Shown here piece by piece: positions 24,601 to 36,438 of a stretch of DNA of 64,000 nt. The position numbers and the translations under genes were made by a program. Positions within the stretch are counted from its first letter, which is position 1. Each line of letters starts with the position of its first letter. The notes under the pieces were generated by a model. It was not told where the DNA came from. It was given only the letters and a program-made list of their open reading frames with translations, and did not search any database. The stretch comes from Haliotis cracherodii (Eukaryota): positions 31,248,001 through 31,312,000 of the forward strand of contig NW_027266275.1 of the NCBI RefSeq assembly GCF_022045235.1, read 5' to 3'.

Positions 24601-27600
24601 GCGACTAACGGGATCGGGTGGTCACGCTCGCTGACTTGGTTGATGCATGTCATCGATCCCAAATGCGTGGATCGATGCTCATGATATCAATCACTGGATT
24701 GTCTGATCCAGACTTGATTATTTACAGACCGCCATCATATAGCTGGAATATTGCTGAGTGACAACAAACAAACAAACAAACCAAATTATCCGTATGGTTT
24801 GAATAAAAAATATATACTTGCATTTCAACGATGGTAAGACAAACATCACACACATGAGTTTCATGTTCTGATTCGTATATTTTGAATAAGTTGTTTCTGT
24901 GAAATATTTAGACGAAAATCAATAATAAGAAACTGTCCTCTTTTAAGACCACTGGGATCTCTGAACTACGCCCGTGTGTGGCACGACAACTCCGGCAAAG
25001 GCAAGTTCGGGTCATGGTACCTGAAGTACCTCGTTGTCAGAGACGTGCAGACCGACCAGAAGTTTGTCTTCATCTGTAACAGATGGTTCGCTGTCGAGGA
25101 GGACGATGGACAGGTGTGTTAATTCGGAGAAAAGCCTGTTCTGTTTGAAATTTTGAGGTGGTTCATCGTAACATTTAGCGGTGTTTAATCAACGATGAAC
25201 CACCTCAAAATTTAAAACAGAAAAGGTTTATCTGTATTCTGACATACATAAAAAGCGTTATTTTTTTAAACGGACTCGTCGTCCATTTCTTGGAATCGCA
25301 ATGGTACAACCCATCGTTAGGTGTGTGTGGGGGGGACTTCTAAAGAGACACGATTACTGAACGGGGTTTATGTCTTTCGGTCTATATTGTTGAAATCATA
25401 TGTACTTATGGTACAAAATAACCAGGAAATAACAGAACATTGATTTATGCAGGACCTAGTTTTGCGTGGTGAGATCATTATCAATACAACACCCCTTCAT
25501 TCAAATAGAGTCAGGGGCGGGCGGGTAGCCTAGTGGTTAAAGCGTTCGCCCGTCACGCCGAAGACCCGGCGTGATATTGCTGGAATATTGCTAAAAGCGG
25601 CGTAAAACCATACTCACTCACTCAAATTGAGTCAACTATGACCTAGATCAGGCCATGCGTGAAGTTCAAACTTGGTGACCTAACTGATGTCGTTAATGTC
25701 GCAGATTGAAAAAGCGACTTATTTGTCTACATTATGCCGGGGTCATACCTTAAAGTTAGCAGCTTTGATTGTTTGTTTGTTGTTTAACACCGCACAAAGC
25801 AATATTTCAGCCTTTTGCCGGCGGTCTGTAAATAATCGAGTCTAGACCAGACAATCCAGTCGCCTTTTACGGCAAGCCTGGGCTGCTCAAGACCTATTCT
25901 ACCCCGGATCTTCACGGGTCTAAAGTCAGAAGTGGTTATCGCTCATGAGTAAACTTAATAAATCACATAAGATCATCCTTCAATGTCATGGTAAAATGAA
26001 GAATAATGTACACCAGCAATAAGACATAAAGTACCTAAATGTATTGGAGTGTTCTTGTCTAGAACTCAGTCTTCGTGTGTGTTGTGACTGCAGGTTGACC
26101 GTGTGATCCCCGTGGCTGGACTTGCCCAGATGACGGAGTTCGCGCACCTGTTCTCGGAGAGAACGAGAAAGAACCTTGTTGATGGTCACCTGTGGTTCTC
26201 AGTTGTCGCCCGACCCCCTCAGAGTCGCTTCACCCGTGTCCAGAGAGTGTCCTGCTGCCTATGTCTCCTGTACGCCACCATGTTGGCTAACGCCATGTTC
26301 TACAAGAAGTCAGAAGATGAGGCAGGAACATCTTTCACGTTTGGTCCCTTTGCTTTGAGTCCTCAACAGGTAACGATATAGTCATTCCAATTGGCTTTAC
26401 GCCTGACACGAAACAATGCTTCCTATCAGTATACTAATTGACAACGGATGTAAAATATTTCCCATTGTGAGTGTGTTTGATTCCTCAAAACTAATCAAAA
26501 GTGTAGATTGCATGTTAAGAATAATTTCTAATCTAGAAGGAAGGGAATACACCTTCAGTTGAAATTGTCGATCAACTTGGAACATTGGAATCCCCATCTA
26601 TAATAATATGCTTACGCCTGCTGAGTATGTGCAGTGAAATTACATGAATTTATTATTAATTCTTGGAACTACGTGAAGCGTGATGCATTATTTATGCCTT
26701 GGACTAATAGATATTCCCAATTGGATACCTTATATTACCATTAACAAGATCATCATTTCTCATTTATACGTGAGCGCCGATTATGTATTTACATATGTGA
26801 ATTCTGTTTACAGATCTATATTGGCATTGTATCCAATCTGATCGTATTTCCTGCAAACTTCGTGGTCATCATGCTGTTCCGGAAGTCACGAGCGAGAAGA
26901 AAGCGTCCGTCTCGTCTTGAAGAAGCGCTGAAGAAAGTGCCCAGTGGCGGTACGACATCGGTCAGCGACGTTCAGCCGGATGTGGGAGGGATCTGGGCAA
27001 TCGGTGGGAAATCAAGCGGTCAGATCCAGTCTAGACCCGAGAGTTCCTTCTCTCAGTCTTACGATCGCCCTCAAAGCAACTTGTCCCACAGAGGTGATAG
27101 AAGGAGGACAAGGAAACCGAAAAAGGAACTACCCTGGTTCTGCCGCTACATCGGTTGGCTACTGTTATGGATGGTTACTCTTGGGGCGGCTGCCATGGTA
27201 ACATTCTATGGGATCAGCTTCCAGGACGACAAATGCAAGAAATGGATCACGTCGATGCTGGTTTCGTTCTTCACGTCCATCTTCGTCACGCAACCCATCA
27301 AAGTGAGTGACAGAAACATAGGACTGTCCAATAACATACAGTAAACTACGGTTATAACGAACACGCTTATAACGAACTTACTGATATGACGAACTTACTT
27401 TTTTGGTCCCGACTATTTGCTGTAGTTATGTTGTATATATGCTTATAACGAACTACGGTTATAACGAACTAAAATTAGTAGTCCCTTTGAGTTCGTTATA
27501 ACCGTACTTTACTGTATCTGAATGGACGGGCATTCCTCGCAGGCCAGGCTTTTTTTAATTTGTTGATTTTGTGCGGTTGACGTTTTGTATTTCTTGTGTG

Positions 27601-30600
27601 TCAAACGTCTGTTTCGTTGATTGGGAAATCGTCTGTATATTAGTCTTGCGGGCATCGTTCGTAAGTAATTATTTCTATACATATCTTTCTTTAAAGAAAA
27701 AAGTGATTATCAGATTTTTTTACACTTTTCATGTCTTAGCGTAGTATATTCCGTCAACCTTTAAAGTGTTGCCTAAAGTCTAACATCAATATCTGAAGTT
27801 AAGAAACTATTCGATAGTTTACGACAAAAAGCCCATTTAAATGTATGGATGCAATTCTCCACAATGCTGGTATCCTTGACGTGTTCACAGGTGTTCCTGA
27901 CGGCCATTTTCTTCTCCCTGATCTGGAAGAACCCTGGGGAGGCTGAGGATGATCAACCCGAGGACGAGGAGGAACCACGGCTGGAACATGATGAAGAATT
28001 GCTTCACAAGCAAAACCAGGGTGACTATTCCTGCAGTGTCCTGAACAATCATGTATGGTTACATGATCACCACGAACGTCTCTCGTAGTGGACGTCCACT
28101 TTCCATTTTCTTATACTATTGAAAATGTTATTGTAAGATCGCATACGTTACTATTTGGCATGCTGACGTATTTATTTCTTTTAAACTTTTCCACATAAAA
28201 ATAACTTGTCCTCGGGTATTATCCAAAACACGTACTTGTTCACGGGACATGCTGGGTGTGCCCCAAAATTAGACTGTATGAGTGAGGTTGTAACCAAAAC
28301 GATATCTTGTCACCAGTTTGCTTATTCATTTTTGGTGCTGACAAACCTAGAAACATATTCGGGGAGAACCGGGATTCGAACCCACAATCATAGGCGTGCC
28401 CAAGGGACGCATCTCTGCACAGCGAATCGCGGCGCCTTAAACGACTGGACCACCCGTGCCCCCATCGAGCACTTGAATGTTGTAACTTTGATTAAACAAC
28501 TTTTGAGCAAGAGTCGTATGACGCTATTTGAACCGTACCATGACAGATAGGGATAGACATGAAAGTCGTTAACATGTTTAAAATGACATTCAGTGATGGA
28601 CATATTACTGTTTTATTTGTGAATAAGAATTGTTGTTCTTCATTATCATTTCTCCGCAGGGTACGGGCACGCACGTCCTCGAAAAATAGGTTATAAGCCT
28701 CCAAATCCTACAGAACTGGAACAGGCAAGAAAGAAAAGATTGAATGAGATCAAGATGTGGGACATCGTCAGAGAAATCATCTTCTACTCCTTCTTCCTGT
28801 GGATACTGATGGTCATCAGCTACAGGAACAGGAGCCCGGACAGCTTCTACTACAAGAACAGTCTGGAAAAGATGATCATCAAGAACAATGACACCCTGCA
28901 GTGGTTTACACAGGTACGAGTGAACGTTTGGGGTTGGATAAGGCAGTTTCGGTACTACAAGGGAAAATCATCAGTACTGTGTACGCTAATTTACATTTGA
29001 TTTAGCATCCATAACGGTTCTTAATGAAAAAACACAGATGAATGAAGTAACCTTGTTCTCAAAGACCTGTATCCTGACTTACAGATTCAGAACACTGACG
29101 AGTTCTGGCTGTGGGCAAGAAGCGGTCTTGTGAACGGCCTACGAGCCGACAGCTACTACAACAATGCACCTCCCCTCCTCCTGCGAGGATTCATTGGCGA
29201 CAAGGTATCCAGAATCATGGGATTTGCTACAATGCGACAACTGAGGGTTCAGAAAGGTACATTTTATATTGTCTTGAAAACAAATTGGAAGAATATATGT
29301 AACCCAAGGTATTAAATTGGATTGCATTCAACAGCTTTATATGTTCCATTTTCAAGTTATTTCTTATTTCAAGCTTAACAGCAGACAGAAACATTATTAT
29401 ATTCATAATGACATGTGCATGTAGGTTCTGACACACATCTTATCGTTGCAGACCTGTGCACCACCATCGATGTTGTAGCTGCCAAGATAGATGAGTGTAA
29501 CGAAGACTACAGCATGTTCAACGAAGACAAGGAATCATATGGTCCAGCGTGGAGAACAAACGTCGATAGTTCCCCACGAAAAGAATACACCTACACACCT
29601 GCATCTGAGCTGAACAGCTTCCCCTACTGGGGCCTCCTAGGGGTCTATGGGGGAGGAGGATATGTCATTGACTTGAGAGGGTCTAAGCATTCACTGGAGA
29701 AACATATGGAAATACTAGAGAAAGAACAATGGGTAGATAAATACACACGCGCAGTATTTGTTGAGTTCACTGTCTATAATCCTCAAGTGAACCTATTTGC
29801 TATAGCTACTATCGTAGCCGAGTTTCAGTCAAGTGGAGGTATACTAGCATCATACCGCTTTGAGCCAGCGATGCTTCTACCCTACATGACTTCAGTGATG
29901 CTGTTCCAGGTTATCTGTGAAATTATCTACTTCTGTTTTACAATTGCATTCATTGTCAAGGAGGTCCGCAACTTAATCAGACAAAGATTAAAATATTTTA
30001 AGTCCTTCTGGAATTTGATAGAGTTGTCCATCATAGCTATGTCTATCTCCGCCATCGTTGTCTACTTCTACCGTCTCATTGTAACTAACTCACTCACGAG
30101 CGAATTCAAGCGGAACCATGGCAATGAATACATGAAATTCCAATATGTTGGTTATTGGAATGAACTGTTTACGTACATAATCGGCTGGTTGGTCTTCTTT
30201 GGAAGTCTCAAGTTCCTCAAGTTACTGCGCTTCAACAAAAGAATGTCCATGCTCGGATCGACCCTGAAGAACGGTGCCAACAGCATCCTGCATTTCAGTT
30301 TGATGTTCTGGGTGGTGTTCCTAGCCTTCATTCAGCTGTTCTATTTGACCTTCATGTCAACCAGTCCCAGATTCTCCACCTTCATCAAGGCAGCTGAGTC
30401 CGGAATCCTGATGATGATGGGCAAATTTGACGTCCATGGAATGCTGATGGTGGAGCCCATCCTCACCCAGGTCTACGTCTTCTTCTTCGTCCTGACGGTC
30501 ACCTTCATCCTCGTCAATATGTTCCTCTCCATCCTCAACGAAACCTTCAGCTCAGTCCGCTTGGACATCAAGAAACAGAACAACGACTACGAAATAGTCG

Positions 30601-30905
30601 ACTTCATGGTTAACAGGTTCAAGAAATGGGTTGGTATTGGCGGTGTTCCCGCAACGCTCCCTCCAACAACGGCAGACAGTGAAGCCAGCAGCACTACATT
30701 TCCGAAATGCGACACCGTTGAAGAGTTCCCTGACCGCATCGACCGCCTCCTAAACTCCATCTCCAACGTGTACATGGACGACAACCTAGAGTCCATCATT
30801 GAGAGCAACGGGCAGTCAAAGAAGATGGCGATGAAGCATATGATGAAGAGAGCTAACGCTGGCGACTTCGCTGAAGATGGACCCACCAAGGTACACACTC
30901 ACTAG
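1..30905 (+). CDS. Gene A: polycystin-1-like (PKD1/PKD1L2/REJ family) membrane receptor-channel, 5' part outside window
   Basis: Frame-consistent GT-AG exons: <1-650, 2133-2315, 3304-3521, 4161-4320, 5138-5238, 5899-6777, 6900-7129, 7514-7707, 8825-9094, 9386-9558, 9795-9945, 11336-11418, 12365-13723, 14365-14409, 14708-14833, 15325-15444, 17453-17558, 18450-18520, 19296-19547, 19679-20072, 20959-21218, 22710-22937, 23153-23254, 23901-24016, 24948-25113, 26094-26369, 26814-27302, 27891-28020, 28660-28913, 29085-29256, 29452-30905(TAG). Motifs: WDFDDG/DFGD (PKD), REJ, CYCNHLTTF (GPS), WHDNSG (PLAT), SRFTRVQR, WVDKYTRAVFVEFTVYNPQVNLF (channel). Exact ortholog not assignable. Confidence 0.93.
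950..2058. repeat. Intronic minisatellite, ~29-31 nt unit (GTGAAGGTACATTTATGATGATAGTTGAA variants)
   Basis: Roughly 35-40 tandem degenerate units visible. Confidence 0.95.
2989..3253 (+). mobile_element. SINE-like family 2 (headless, starts GACCCGTGAAG)
   Basis: TSD CAATGAAACC and (CAAC/CAAA)n tail. Other copies: ~3883-4095+, 8363-8635+, ~10080-10280-, 14839-15108-, ~20120-20325-, ~22265-22440+, 24522-24785+, ~25765-25920-, 37385-37650+, 41211-41425+, 59935-60145+, ~63915-64000+. Confidence 0.88.
3556..3835 (+). mobile_element. tRNA-derived SINE family 4 (Meta/MESC-like central domain from memory)
   Basis: A/B-box head ACCGCCTCC..GGTTCGATCCCC, GTCATAYCAAAAGACGTTAAAAGATGGTAC core, (CACCT)n tail. 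Confidence 0.8.
4355..4998 (+). repeat. Intronic 53-nt minisatellite related to the upstream exon end and splice donor
   Basis: ~12 units of CACTCCACCTTAACCTATATGCGGCCAACAAGTAGGCCAGAGTGAGTTAATGA. Confidence 0.95.
5899..6777 (+). CDS. Gene A exon: last PKD repeat and start of REJ module
   Basis: IDFGD and SFDPD motifs; same 879-nt length as paralog exon 53951-54829. Confidence 0.9.
7115..7230 (+). repeat. ~34-nt tandem repeat spanning exon end and 5' splice site
   Basis: CAACCTRTACATYGAGTAAGTCTT.. in 3-4 copies. Confidence 0.85.
7769..7931 (+). mobile_element. tRNA(Asp-like)-headed short SINE, family 1
   Basis: GGGGCGGTCGGGTAGCCTAGTGGTTAAAGCG..GTCAC..GGTTCGATTCCC head, (ACTC)n tail, TSD TAGAAYAAATT. 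Confidence 0.9.
8045..8325 (+). mobile_element. SINE family 4 copy (degenerate)
   Basis: Head and core similar to 3556 and 24169 copies. Confidence 0.75.
8363..8635 (+). mobile_element. SINE-like family 2 copy
   Basis: GACCTGTGAAGATCC start, full body and tail. Confidence 0.85.
10991..11275 (+). mobile_element. tRNA(Leu-like)-headed SINE family 3 (V-domain-like centre from memory)
   Basis: TGGCCCAGTCGTCTAAGGCG A-box region, GGTTCGAATCC B-box, TSD TCCGGTGGGTAGC. Partial or degenerate copies at ~28335-28464-, ~31825-32050+, ~36840-36938-, ~50075-50280-. Confidence 0.88.
12365..13723 (+). CDS. Gene A Gly-rich low-complexity exon (453 codons) inserted in the GAIN region
   Basis: Open frame with AAAG|GAA acceptor and GAG|GTAATC donor, phase 0/0; GGFPG, GGRGG, GPGQGGGQGGPGGRF and (GA)n repeats. 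Confidence 0.85.
13859..14268. mobile_element. Palindromic MITE-like element interrupted by a truncated family-4 SINE (13905-14128, minus)
   Basis: Arms GGATAACAACTTCTGG.. and ..CCAGAAGTTGTTATCC; TSD TTCAATGTAG at 13895-13904 and 14129-14138. Confidence 0.75.
14839..15108 (-). mobile_element. SINE-like family 2 copy inserted at an exon-intron junction
   Basis: TSD TCTGTCAGGTAGA at 14826-14838 and 15109-15121. Confidence 0.9.
17947..18109 (-). mobile_element. SINE family 1 copy
   Basis: Reverse complement of the 7769 copy; TSD GTTGCAATKATT. Confidence 0.9.
20486..20647 (+). mobile_element. SINE family 1 copy
   Basis: TSD TGTACCCGTAGCG. Confidence 0.9.
20959..22937 (+). CDS. Gene A exons 20959-21218 and 22710-22937: GPS motif and TM1
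   Basis: SGCYFFD..W..EGC-TV..TECYCNHLTTFGG, then hydrophobic VYVTEIIITAIYLLAIVWA followed by RRRD. Confidence 0.92.
21855..22198. mobile_element. Tc1/mariner-type MITE
   Basis: 21-nt TIRs CCGYATTCGACGTAATAAGCG (20/21), flanked by TA. Confidence 0.8.
23153..25113 (+). CDS. Gene A exons 23153-23254, 23901-24016, 24948-25113: PLAT/LH2 domain
   Basis: YYYEIVSVTG..NAGTDSKV, FRRGGVDAF, LGSLNYARVWHDNSGKG..SWYL..FICNRWF. Confidence 0.92.
23698..23860 (+). mobile_element. SINE family 1 copy
   Basis: Head and (ACTC)n tail; an internally deleted copy also lies at ~25514-25623. Confidence 0.88.
24169..24503 (+). mobile_element. SINE family 4 copy
   Basis: tRNA head, core and CACCT tail. Confidence 0.85.
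24522..24785 (+). mobile_element. SINE-like family 2 copy
   Basis: TSD TTATCCGTATGG at 24510-24521 and 24786-24797. Confidence 0.9.
25139..25222. repeat. Near-perfect inverted repeat (29-nt arms, 22-nt loop)
   Basis: 25141-25169 vs 25192-25220, 28/29 complementary. Confidence 0.85.
26094..29256 (+). CDS. Gene A exons encoding the TM2-TM6 region and start of the TOP domain
   Basis: HLWFSV..SRFTRVQRVSCC, LPWFC..W, KWITS..SFFTSIFVTQPIK, IVREIIFY, MRQLRV. Confidence 0.9.
27339..27514. mobile_element. pogo/Tigger-like MITE
   Basis: TA|CAGTAAACTACGGTTATAACGAAC ... GTTCGTTATAACCGTACTTTACTG|TA, with internal TTATAACGAAC repeats. Confidence 0.85.
29452..30905 (+). CDS. Gene A terminal exon: polycystin TOP and cation-channel domain, C-tail
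   Basis: YGGGGY, WVDKYTRAVFVEF, FWNLIEL, KFLKLLRFN, MGKFD pore, NMFLSILNETF. Confidence 0.96.
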
Positions 30906-31390
30906 GTACAGAACAGATTAGTAAAGATGGGCAAGCGTCCTGTGCACATAGGGCGATATTTCTTTATCATTGTGTTTATGTAACATATTTTCTGACATAA
31001 CCTGAAGGTTTAGGTGCATTGTGAAGTTGTTTTAAGCTCACTGTCTCAAGTAAAAAATGTTGTAACTATCCCTAATATGCTTTTTGACCTGTGGTCCAAA
31101 GCTGCTAACTAAAGTTCATGAATACTCTATGTGTTGCTCTTATTAGATAATTGATGTTGTAAGTAGGGGCTGTTGCGAAACGGTTTAAATAAAGGAAGTA
31201 TATGTTTACATAGTAAACATTAACCTACATACGCACAGAATTATGTATGATTCGACATTTTTTTATATAAACATAATTGTTTTATTTCGAAATACTTAAT
31301 TACATCATTTCCATTTAGTCGTTTACTTTTCAAAGGGACCTTCATTAGTGTTTATTTAATTCATGACGTAATTGTTTACAAATCAGGCGA

Positions 31391-31396
31391 AATAAA
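31391..31396 (+). terminator. Candidate polyadenylation signal of gene A (alternative AATAAA at 31188)
   Basis: AATAAA followed by a T/GT-rich stretch ~25 nt downstream. Confidence 0.4.
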
Positions 31397-31529
31397 TACA
31401 TAAACTTACTCTTATCTGTTGTTTTTATTGTCACCTCTCACTGAAAATGAGAGAGATGATTAAACAGGAGCGGCACAGACCTGTTTGCCTTATGAATAGA
31501 GCATCCACTTAAACATTAACACATATTTA

Positions 31530-31814
31530 GGGGGCACGGGTGGCCCAGTCGTCTAAGGCGCCGCGATTCGCTGTGCAGAGTTGCGTCCCTTATGCACGCC
31601 AGAAACCTATGATTGTGGGTTCGAATCCCGGTTCGCCCCGATTATGTTTCTAGGTTTGTCAGCACCATACCCGTGCTCGTGGTTTTCACCGAAGTGGTAA
31701 ACGTCTGAGACCTGCATCACGTCGGGCTTTCCTCCCACATTAAGCTGACACGCCGTGATATGACTGGAATACTGTTGAAAGCAGCGTTAAATACAACTCA
31801 CTCACTCACTCACT
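31530..31814 (+). mobile_element. SINE family 3 copy
   Basis: TSD TTAACACATAT, (ACTC)n tail. Confidence 0.88.
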
Positions 31815-33189
31815 TAACACATATGTGGGATACGTGTGACCCATTCGTGTGCAGTTCGTTGTGCATGGTTGTGCCAGAAGCCTATCAACGTGGATTCGTA
31901 TCCAGCTTATGTTTCTAGGTTTATCAGCACCATATCCATGTGGTAAGAGTCTTAGATCAGCTAGACTTGCATCACTTCCCTCCTACATCAAACTGACACG
32001 CCTTGATAAAACTGAAATATATTCGGCGTTAAATCGCACCAACCCACCCACTAACTTAACTCTGTTAACACTTCGAGAACAGCAACCTCGATGACAGACA
32101 ATTTTGATTGCCATCGCGTTCAAGTTCATGGTTTACTGGTCAGGTATTCTCTGCATGCGTCTCTTCATTCTGTCAGAGAAATATGGGATGGTCGTGGGTT
32201 CAAATCTGATTATGATCCTTGGGTTGTCAGCTTTATGTGTTGAACTAATGGTTAACGTCTTAGATCTGTAACAATTTGGGCTTCCTCATTAAAATGACAC
32301 TCGGTGACATAACGGAAATAGTGTTCATATATTCATTCACTCACATATTTTTACATATACAATATTTACAACCCCCTATCGATTTACATCGACAGACTCA
32401 CTATTTTCAAACATAGGAGATATAGATAACTCAATGTTTGATCTGTACAAGGCTTCTCAAGTGATCGATGATAACCTTTTGCAGTATTTCCATTATTACA
32501 GCACAAGTTATCTAAGCATGAGTTGCTTTCATATAGCTGGGGTCCATTTCATCAAATAATGTATCACGTGCATATGAAAAAATGATTATACTGGAGACAA
32601 TTTTTAGAAAGATTTAAAACAGACTAAAAGACTAATTGTCTGGGGCTCTAATATGCATATTAATCATCTATCTAATACACGGCTTCGCTTCCGTACATAA
32701 ATACAATTTTTAAGTTTTATTCAATTAATTTTAACATAAAAACACGTATGAAATATATGGAATATATAATAGTCAACATCACACAAAACATCACATGGTG
32801 GCTGCTGAGGCATTTAGAGAGTGTAATGTGTTAATTGAAAGTTGAAATGCCAAGGTTAACCAGAAATCAGTACGTTCAGAACTAAATTGTCAGTAAATGA
32901 CCCGCAAGATCAATGAACATTCAACAAATTATAATGAATCAATATAATAAGTCTACGAACTCACGAATGTCCAGTATTTGCCACAGTTGAATTGATTGAA
33001 TGAGGCACGTGTCCGTTCTTGAATCCAAGAAACAGCGTTGGAAGCAGGGAGATAAGTATTCCGTTCGCGCTGGTCAAGTAGATAAGTAGCAAGTCAGGTC
33101 GTAAAAGGCCTCAAAATCGCCTTCTTTTCACGCGTCTTTACCTATACGTCTACACAACCAGCCTTCTAGGGGCTTCTCAAACCGTGTAT

Positions 33190-33447
33190 GGGGGCACGGG
33201 TGGCCCAGTCGTCTAAGGCGCCGCAATTCGCTGTGCAGAGTTGCGTCCCTTGGGCACGCCAGAAATCTATGATTGTGGGCTCGAACCCCGGTTCTCCCCG
33301 ATTATGTTTCTAGGTTTGTCATGATCAGCACCATAGTGGTTTCAGCAAAGTGGTAAACGTCTAAGACCTGCATCACTTCGGGCTTTCCACCCACATTAAG
33401 CTGACACGCCGTGATATAACTGTTAAACTGGAATAATCACTCACTCA
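33190..33447 (+). mobile_element. SINE family 3 copy
   Basis: TSD CTCAAACCGTGTA. Confidence 0.85.
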
Positions 33448-33877
33448 AACCGTGTAGGCAAACCCACTGTCGATAAGTGTAAACAAGGTCGTCGTCGCAT
33501 GGCAGGAGTACTGCAGTGTGATGTCAGGCAATAAACACATGCTTTTGAATGCAATTCCAGTCTGAAACTAACATCTGGTCCTAGGTCTGGTAGCTATTTT
33601 ACTTTATTTTATTTTATGGGGGGGGGTGGGGGGGGGGGGGGGGGGGGGGCTTCTTCAAGAAGTATTTTAAGTCACAGCCAAATATTAGTCCATGTGTGCT
33701 AGCGTTGCCGGCTAGTTCTGGTCCTGTCGTAGGTGTCCCTATATCTCATCCCGATCATGTTCTTGGGGGAGAGATCTTGAGACACAGCCGCCCAGAAACA
33801 GATCCAGACCGATGTACCGATGTCGTCCCGGTAGCGTACTCCTTTCAAATTGTCATCAACAATGATGAGTTATGTTC

Positions 33878-34036
33878 NNNNNNNNNNNNNNNNNNNNNNN
33901 NNNNNNNNNNNNNNNNNNNNNNNNNNNNNNNNNNNNNNNNNNNNNNNNNNNNNNNNNNNNNNNNNNNNNNNNNNNNNNNNNNNNNNNNNNNNNNNNNNNN
34001 NNNNNNNNNNNNNNNNNNNNNNNNNNNNNNNNNNNN
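33878..34036. other. Assembly gap (159 N)
   Basis: Run of n. Confidence 1.
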
Positions 34037-34044
34037 TTCGGACA

Positions 34045-34272
34045 AATGGTAGTGCTAGCCTACTGAGATACCATGCTGCTGTTTAACATGAATACCCCAC
34101 TCAGACAACAGTATACTGAATCCGAACCGTAGAGACCCTTAAAGCTGAGCGCCAGGCAGGATAACAACAAGAACCATCGTTTAACGTATTTTCGTATGAC
34201 GCGGCCGGGGATCGAACCAGAGACCTTCCTTTCTCCGGGCAAACGCTCTACCACCAGACCACAGAGGCGGTC
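34045..34272 (-). mobile_element. SINE family 4 copy abutting the gap
   Basis: Head and core on the minus strand; partial 3' copy also at ~36306-36540-. Confidence 0.8.
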
Positions 34273-35059
34273 GAAAACATTAAAGATGCACTGAAAAAGA
34301 TTACATAGCATTCCGACAAGTCAATAACTGTTGTTGGTAATAAGAATTTGGACGATTATGATATTTTTTAATGAATTGTTTCCGTTGGACATGGACATTG
34401 GAAAAGACATTGGAAAAGACAATTATATTCCTCTCCTACAGAAAAATTGAAGAAATAACATATTCTTTCATGAATTAATATGTTGTTCTACCTCTTTTTT
34501 TTCAGTAGGTAAAAAGACTAATAAGCTGTGCGAAGTTTAAGTAAGATGACAAATATATTTGCGTCATTAAACCAAAGTTGTATTGTAACACTATTAAATA
34601 CACCCCCTGATGACGACATTTGGGCACAATATTTGCTCTACTATATTAATAACGACTCTTTACTATATGTTAATTGGTTATTTCTTACACGGCTTAAACC
34701 CCAAGAATCCGCAACATTTTTGACAAATAACAACCATGGTGAATGACAAGCATCATCACGATGTTTCTCATATAAAACTATGTCCATGAACTGAAAGCTT
34801 ATTGACATTTGTGGCAATATCAGGTTACACCATAAGCCTAGCATACCTTTCTTGACGATGATAAGAACCGATGTGCGACCTGTTTCGCCATACAACATAT
34901 AAGTGGCTGTACTCTTACGCAATTTAAGACATCACATTAGGAATAATTTAGGAACATTTTCAATGATAGAAAAATCAGTGAAACCCAAGACTTCGCACTG
35001 GTATTAGAGAATCGGGACAACCATGCTATCGAAAGCAACAAAAACACCTTTAAATTTCG

Positions 35060-35780
35060 AACCTTGAATAACAAGTCATACATTGCCTTTAGTCCTTGTT
35101 ATTTTAGAGATAATGTAGCTTAATTAACTTGTTATTTATATGAAATACTATACCTAAGTACTAATTGTTACTGACTGTTATTAAGTATCTAAATCGTCTT
35201 CAAAAATTGTAAATACAAATTTTCTCTCATGTAAAGTACCTGCGGAAGTGCCAAAATAACAACATTAGTTTTCCACATATTGATCTTACATTTCCATGAA
35301 GTACATATGCAGGCAATGTTGTAAATTATCAGGGGTCTCTGCAAAGATATCTATACCACCACAATTATTATACTGTAGAAATGTTTCTATATTGTTGAGA
35401 AAAAGATCAGACAGCAGAAGTGAAGTTTCTCCTTGACGAACACCACTGTCACAAATAAAAAGCCAGACATTTGACCGTTTAAACAAATACATGACTTAAT
35501 ATCATTATGCATATTTTTTATTGGAGTAATTAGTTTTCCTGAGACACCATAGGATATCAATTTAATCCATTGTCCATACATCAACACATTAAAATTTAAA
35601 AAATTAAACTCGACAAAGACCCACAATATTTTGGGCATTTCAAAATTTTAGTGATGTTTTTTAGAATAAAAAAAGTTGTTAATAGTACGAGTAGAGTATC
35701 CCTTCCGGAATCCTGTTTGCGCTTCCGACAAAATAGTTCTGACTTCAGCATACCGTGTTAAACATAGATTGATAACACCT
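35060..35780 (-). pseudogene. Decayed non-LTR retrotransposon reverse-transcriptase fragment
   Basis: Frameshifted RT motifs ILSEAQTGFRKG, KLISYGVSGKL..KSCICLNG, GVRQGE..LFLNNIE, IFAETPDNLQ. Confidence 0.8.
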
Positions 35781-36407
35781 ATCCACACCGCGTAGACATT
35801 GGTTATCAGCAAGTCGTGACATACATGTAGCGTACGCGTTATTTGCTGTTAAACAGAAGTGTTTTGTGAGCATCTGATAGCAACACAATCACTGTGTGTT
35901 GTTCACAATCAAAAACCACGTGCGTGAGTATCATGATCCCAAGAAACACGCAAACATCCACATTGTGCGCCTTGTATGAACATGCATTAGGACACATTAC
36001 AAACGAGACAGAGTACTGCTCCAACATCAACGAACAACAAAAGCATGTTCGGTTTGAAGGGCATGTCGCTAACAATTGCATGCTGGGAAAGAGAGAGGAT
36101 GTGTTTTCATTACGCTCTCATCAAGAGATGTGGAAACTTTGTCAAATTGGATATAACATGTGCAAAGCAATATTTCTGACATTTATTGCCGTGGATGCCT
36201 ATATAATGTGGAGATATGGATTGATTGAGATCACCTCCTAATCTCTCATTCTGACAGGCATGTTTGATTTTCGGGTGTAAATGTGTTGTGTTACCTTTCA
36301 CATGGTGAGGTGAGGTGAAATGGGGTTCAACGTTGCGTCTGGGATTATTGCACTGATATAGCGACGTGCATTCAGGTGTGTGTGTGTGCAGGTGTGTGTG
36401 TGTGCAG

Positions 36408-36438
<31 letters not shown>

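Noticed and set aside
33696-34086. ORFs spanning the N run
   Set aside because: Artefacts of the assembly gap
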